This document shows, one piece after another, positions 61,130 through 64,000 of a DNA stretch of 64,000 nucleotides; positions within the stretch are counted from its first letter, which is position 1, and each line of letters opens with the position of its first letter. Origin of the DNA: Felis catus (lineage: Eukaryota); NCBI RefSeq assembly GCF_018350175.1, contig NC_058383.1, positions 28,088,001 through 28,152,000 on the forward strand. The letters are read 5' to 3'. The notes beneath the pieces are model-generated. The model did not search any database and was not told the origin of the DNA. It saw only the letters and a program-made list of their open reading frames with translations. Made by a program: the position numbers and the translations under genes.

Positions 61130-61720
61130 CCTGTTGCGGGACTGGAGGGTTTTAGCGGGATGCCACTGCACTTTCCGGGGCTCCGAGATCCCCTCCCCCA
61201 ATGCCGGCTCGGGCCACCCAGAGTGCCCCCTCCAATCGCCTCGTCTCATCCCTTCCCGCCCCACCCTTGCCGCGCGGCGGGACCTTGCCCCGGGCCTGGC
61301 GATCCCGGAGCTGGAATCCCAGCCTAGCCTGTCAGTCTCCGCCCCTTCCAGGACCCGGAGCGCGGCAAAGGAGGCTGTCTCGGGACAGACGGACAGACCG
61401 CGGGGCGGACAGAAGGACAGGCACGGGAGGCGCGCGATGGCCGCGGCTGCAGAGCCCTGTGTGGGACAGGGAGTAAGTCCCCCCACCCCCACCCCGCCTC
61501 CCGCCCCACTCTCCTTTTCCGGGCTTGGTAGGTCTCTCCGGCAGCTTTCTCCAGGGGGTGATACCGCGGAGGGGAGAGACCACCAAATTCCCAGGCCAAC
61601 AGCAGGCAAGTGCGGGCCCTTTAACCGAGCCTGCCCCTGGAGACCCCAGCACCACTAACGGGGCCTCCCGACCTCCCAGCTGCCTGCAGGCTTTGACCTC
61701 TATTTGCATAAAGCTTCAGG
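61130..61720 (+). promoter_or_regulatory. ABCC6 CpG-rich proximal promoter / exon 1 region
   Basis: GC/CpG-rich block with GC boxes around the ABCC6 ATG; DR1-like sites at ~61277-61290 and 61687-61699. Confidence 0.75.
61437..61472 (+). CDS. ABCC6: ABCC6 (MRP6) exon 1 coding part (MAAAAEPCVGQG)
   Basis: 36 nt, resembles the human N-terminus MAAPAEPCAGQG; donor GTAAGT at 61473. Confidence 0.93.
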
Positions 61721-62192
61721 ACCCCCACCTCTCTGGCCGGCTTCCTCTTTCATCCAGGCTCTAAGCGAAGGACTCTGGGAAAGAGGCTCATGGGATGGGA
61801 GCAAGGGTCGCAAACTCCCAGGATTTCAGGGGCCGGGCCGGTAAGGCAATAATAATAGCTGATATTAATTGAGGGCTTACTTTGTGCCCCACATCCTCCT
61901 ATGTGCTTTATTGGTATCAACCCATTTAATTCAATCCTTAGAGGTAGATTCTCTGAACACCACCCCTCTCCTTTGCAACAAAGGAAACTGAGGCACAGGG
62001 AAGTTGAAGTTCACAGAGCTGGCCATTGGCAAAGTGGGGAGCAGTGAAGAAAGATAACTAGTGTGGGAGAGGGAGGGCTGTTAATATAGTAGGAAGAGAA
62101 CTGAAGAGCCATGTTCTTTGAACTTCCCATTCAGACTTTTTGTAGCGTTAGAGAAGGCCAGCCAAGAGGCTGAGAGAAGAATCACAGACCCA

Positions 62193-62361
62193 GGGGCACC
62201 TGGGGGGGCTCAGTCCATTAAGCATCTGGTTCTTGACTTGGGATCAGGTCATGATTTCATGGTTCATGGGTTCAAGCCCCGGGGCTCAGCTCTGACAGCA
62301 TGGAGCCTGCTTGGGATTCTCTCTCTCCCTCTGTCTCTGCCCCTCCCCTACTCCTGTGCTT

Positions 62362-62412
<51 letters not shown>

Positions 62413-62434
62413 AAATAAACTTAAAAAAAAAAAA
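62193..62434 (+). mobile_element. CanSINE in ABCC6 intron 1 with long (CT)n
   Basis: TSD aagaatcacaga; (CT)n at ~62365-62409. Confidence 0.92.
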
Positions 62435-62967
62435 AGAATCACAGATCAAGACCCTCTGTAGAACAAGGTTTGGGGTCAAACAGGCTTCATGGGAATTAGC
62501 TCTGCCACTTTCTGTATGTGTGGGCCTGAAGAAGGCTGTTCCTCTCTCAGTGCCTCAGTTCCCTGGTCTGTGAAATGGGAACAGTAACACCTACCTCTTA
62601 AAATATAAGGCTTAAACGACAGTCTGCACCCAGTATTCATCCTGGAACCCAGATATCCCAGACTCCAGGACCCAGCCACCTTGGTTCAAATCCCAGCACC
62701 ACCACACTGGGTGATAGTCACCCAGGTTATGTAACCTTTCTGGGCCTCAGCTTCCTCATATGCAAAATCGGTAGCATAATTGCCTGTACTTCTTAGGGTT
62801 GATATTATTAGCATTAAAGGAGTTGAGACTTATAAGGTACTCCAGAGAGTGCTGGGCCCATTTTCATGTCAATGTTAGGAGTCCAGATGGTTGCCTTGCC
62901 CCCTAGTCAGGTGAATCTGGGACTCCTGCACTGTATGATCACAAGGGTCGCCCCGGTGTTCCCTCAG

Positions 62968-63150
62968 GTCTGGAACTGGACAGAGCCTGAACCCATTGCT
63001 GCCCACCTACTGAACGTGTGCTTCCTGAAAACGGCAGGGATCTGGGTACCCCCGATGTACCTCTGGGTCCTTGGCCCCATCTACCTCCTCTACATCCATC
63101 GCCACGGCAACAACTACCTCCGGATGTCCCCACTCTTCAAGGCCAAAATG
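62968..63150 (+). CDS. ABCC6: ABCC6 exon 2 (VWNWTEPEP...LFKAKM; TMD0 start, N15 glycosylation sequon); gene continues beyond the window
   Basis: 183 nt; CCCTCAG acceptor, GTAACC donor; motifs [20 protein letters not shown] and [12 protein letters not shown] typical of ABCC6. Confidence 0.96.
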
Positions 63151-64000
63151 GTAACCGCTGCCTCTGGGAGGCTGTAACCAGACAATGGTTGGGAGGTGTG
63201 GGAAGCTGGCTGGAGCCTTGGCAGAGACCCCAAAGTGGACACTCCTCCTTTGAAGGAGCACCCAGGGTGGGGACAAGACGGGGACCTCTTAGTCAAACAG
63301 AGCAATACTCCAGAGAGGCTACAGAGGTAAACTCTGTGGAACCAGATTCCCCCAAACAGATATGGTGACAATGAAAACCACGCATCTGCAAACACACACA
63401 TCGGATGTGCAGATGTTCCTGGCCAGTTTGTGACTACCATACCTTGGAATTACCCACAGTGTGTGAGGTATACTCCTGGGGTACACGAGGTGATTTTAGG
63501 GTCACACTTGGGTGAACTTTTAAAAATTTTTTGAACAGTTACGTGTTGATTTTTATGTTTTCCCACTGGCAGTTCTAAACACCGGTTCTTAAAATTGTTC
63601 TGTATTTATTTTAGTGTGTTACAAAAACACGGGCATTCCAAGTGTGAGCCTTTCTGCTCATCCATCCCGTTCTCCAAACTTCTACAAGAATGTCCTTCCC
63701 AGGCATTAAGGAATCTGCTCCTGAAATCATTGTTGCACTATATACTAACTAACTTGGATTAAATTAAAAAAAAAAAAAAAAGAACGTCCTTCCCATAGCA
63801 CCTCGTTAATTTTTGTCCTATTGTCGAACTCTTCCTTAAAGGGCCAGACAGTATATATTTGAGGCTTTGAAGGTCCATGTGGATTCCATGTCACCTACTC
63901 TGCCATTGCAGCAGAAAAGCAGCCACAAACAACAGTAAATAAATAAGCATGACTGTGTCTCCATAGCATTTTCTCGAAAGTCACTGAAATTTAAACTTCA

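Noticed and set aside
60993..61709. Several 90-220-aa overlapping ORFs on both strands
   Set aside because: Expected stop-codon depletion in a GC-rich promoter; only the 12-codon ABCC6 exon 1 is supported
1875..62434. Recurrent ~200-bp repeats with tRNA-like A/B boxes, as tRNA genes or a CRISPR-like array
   Set aside because: They are dispersed CanSINEs with (CT)n bodies, A tails and TSDs; no regular repeat-spacer structure and no complete cloverleaf

Overview
Mammalian genomic DNA, almost certainly from a cat-family (Felidae) genome, judging by the feline-type CanSINEs and a feline L1 3' end. Most of the window (~2.4-58.9 kb, minus strand) is a complete NOMO1 (nodal modulator 1) gene. I traced 31 coding exons by hand, all with GT-AG introns; they sum to 3669 nt = 1222 aa + stop, the length I recall for human NOMO1. 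About 2.7 kb away (ATG to ATG), head-to-head on the plus strand, are the promoter and first two coding exons of ABCC6 (MRP6). Introns hold about 23 tRNA-derived CanSINEs, a 2.5 kb 5'-truncated L1, a 67-bp L1 remnant, and many old MIR, L2, L1M and hAT/MER relics. Almost all ORFs in the supplied track are spurious or are exon/L1 fragments. I found no evidence of a new biological system. The most notable points are: a C-rich splice acceptor at the 46-nt exon 3, flanked by inverted SINEs; an open read-through of the last intron into an L1 tail that would encode a hydrophobic C-terminus; overlapping miR-33/miR-92 sites in the 3'UTR; and candidate HNF4/C/EBP elements at ABCC6. Repeat boundaries are approximate and repeat family names come from recall of consensus sequences.
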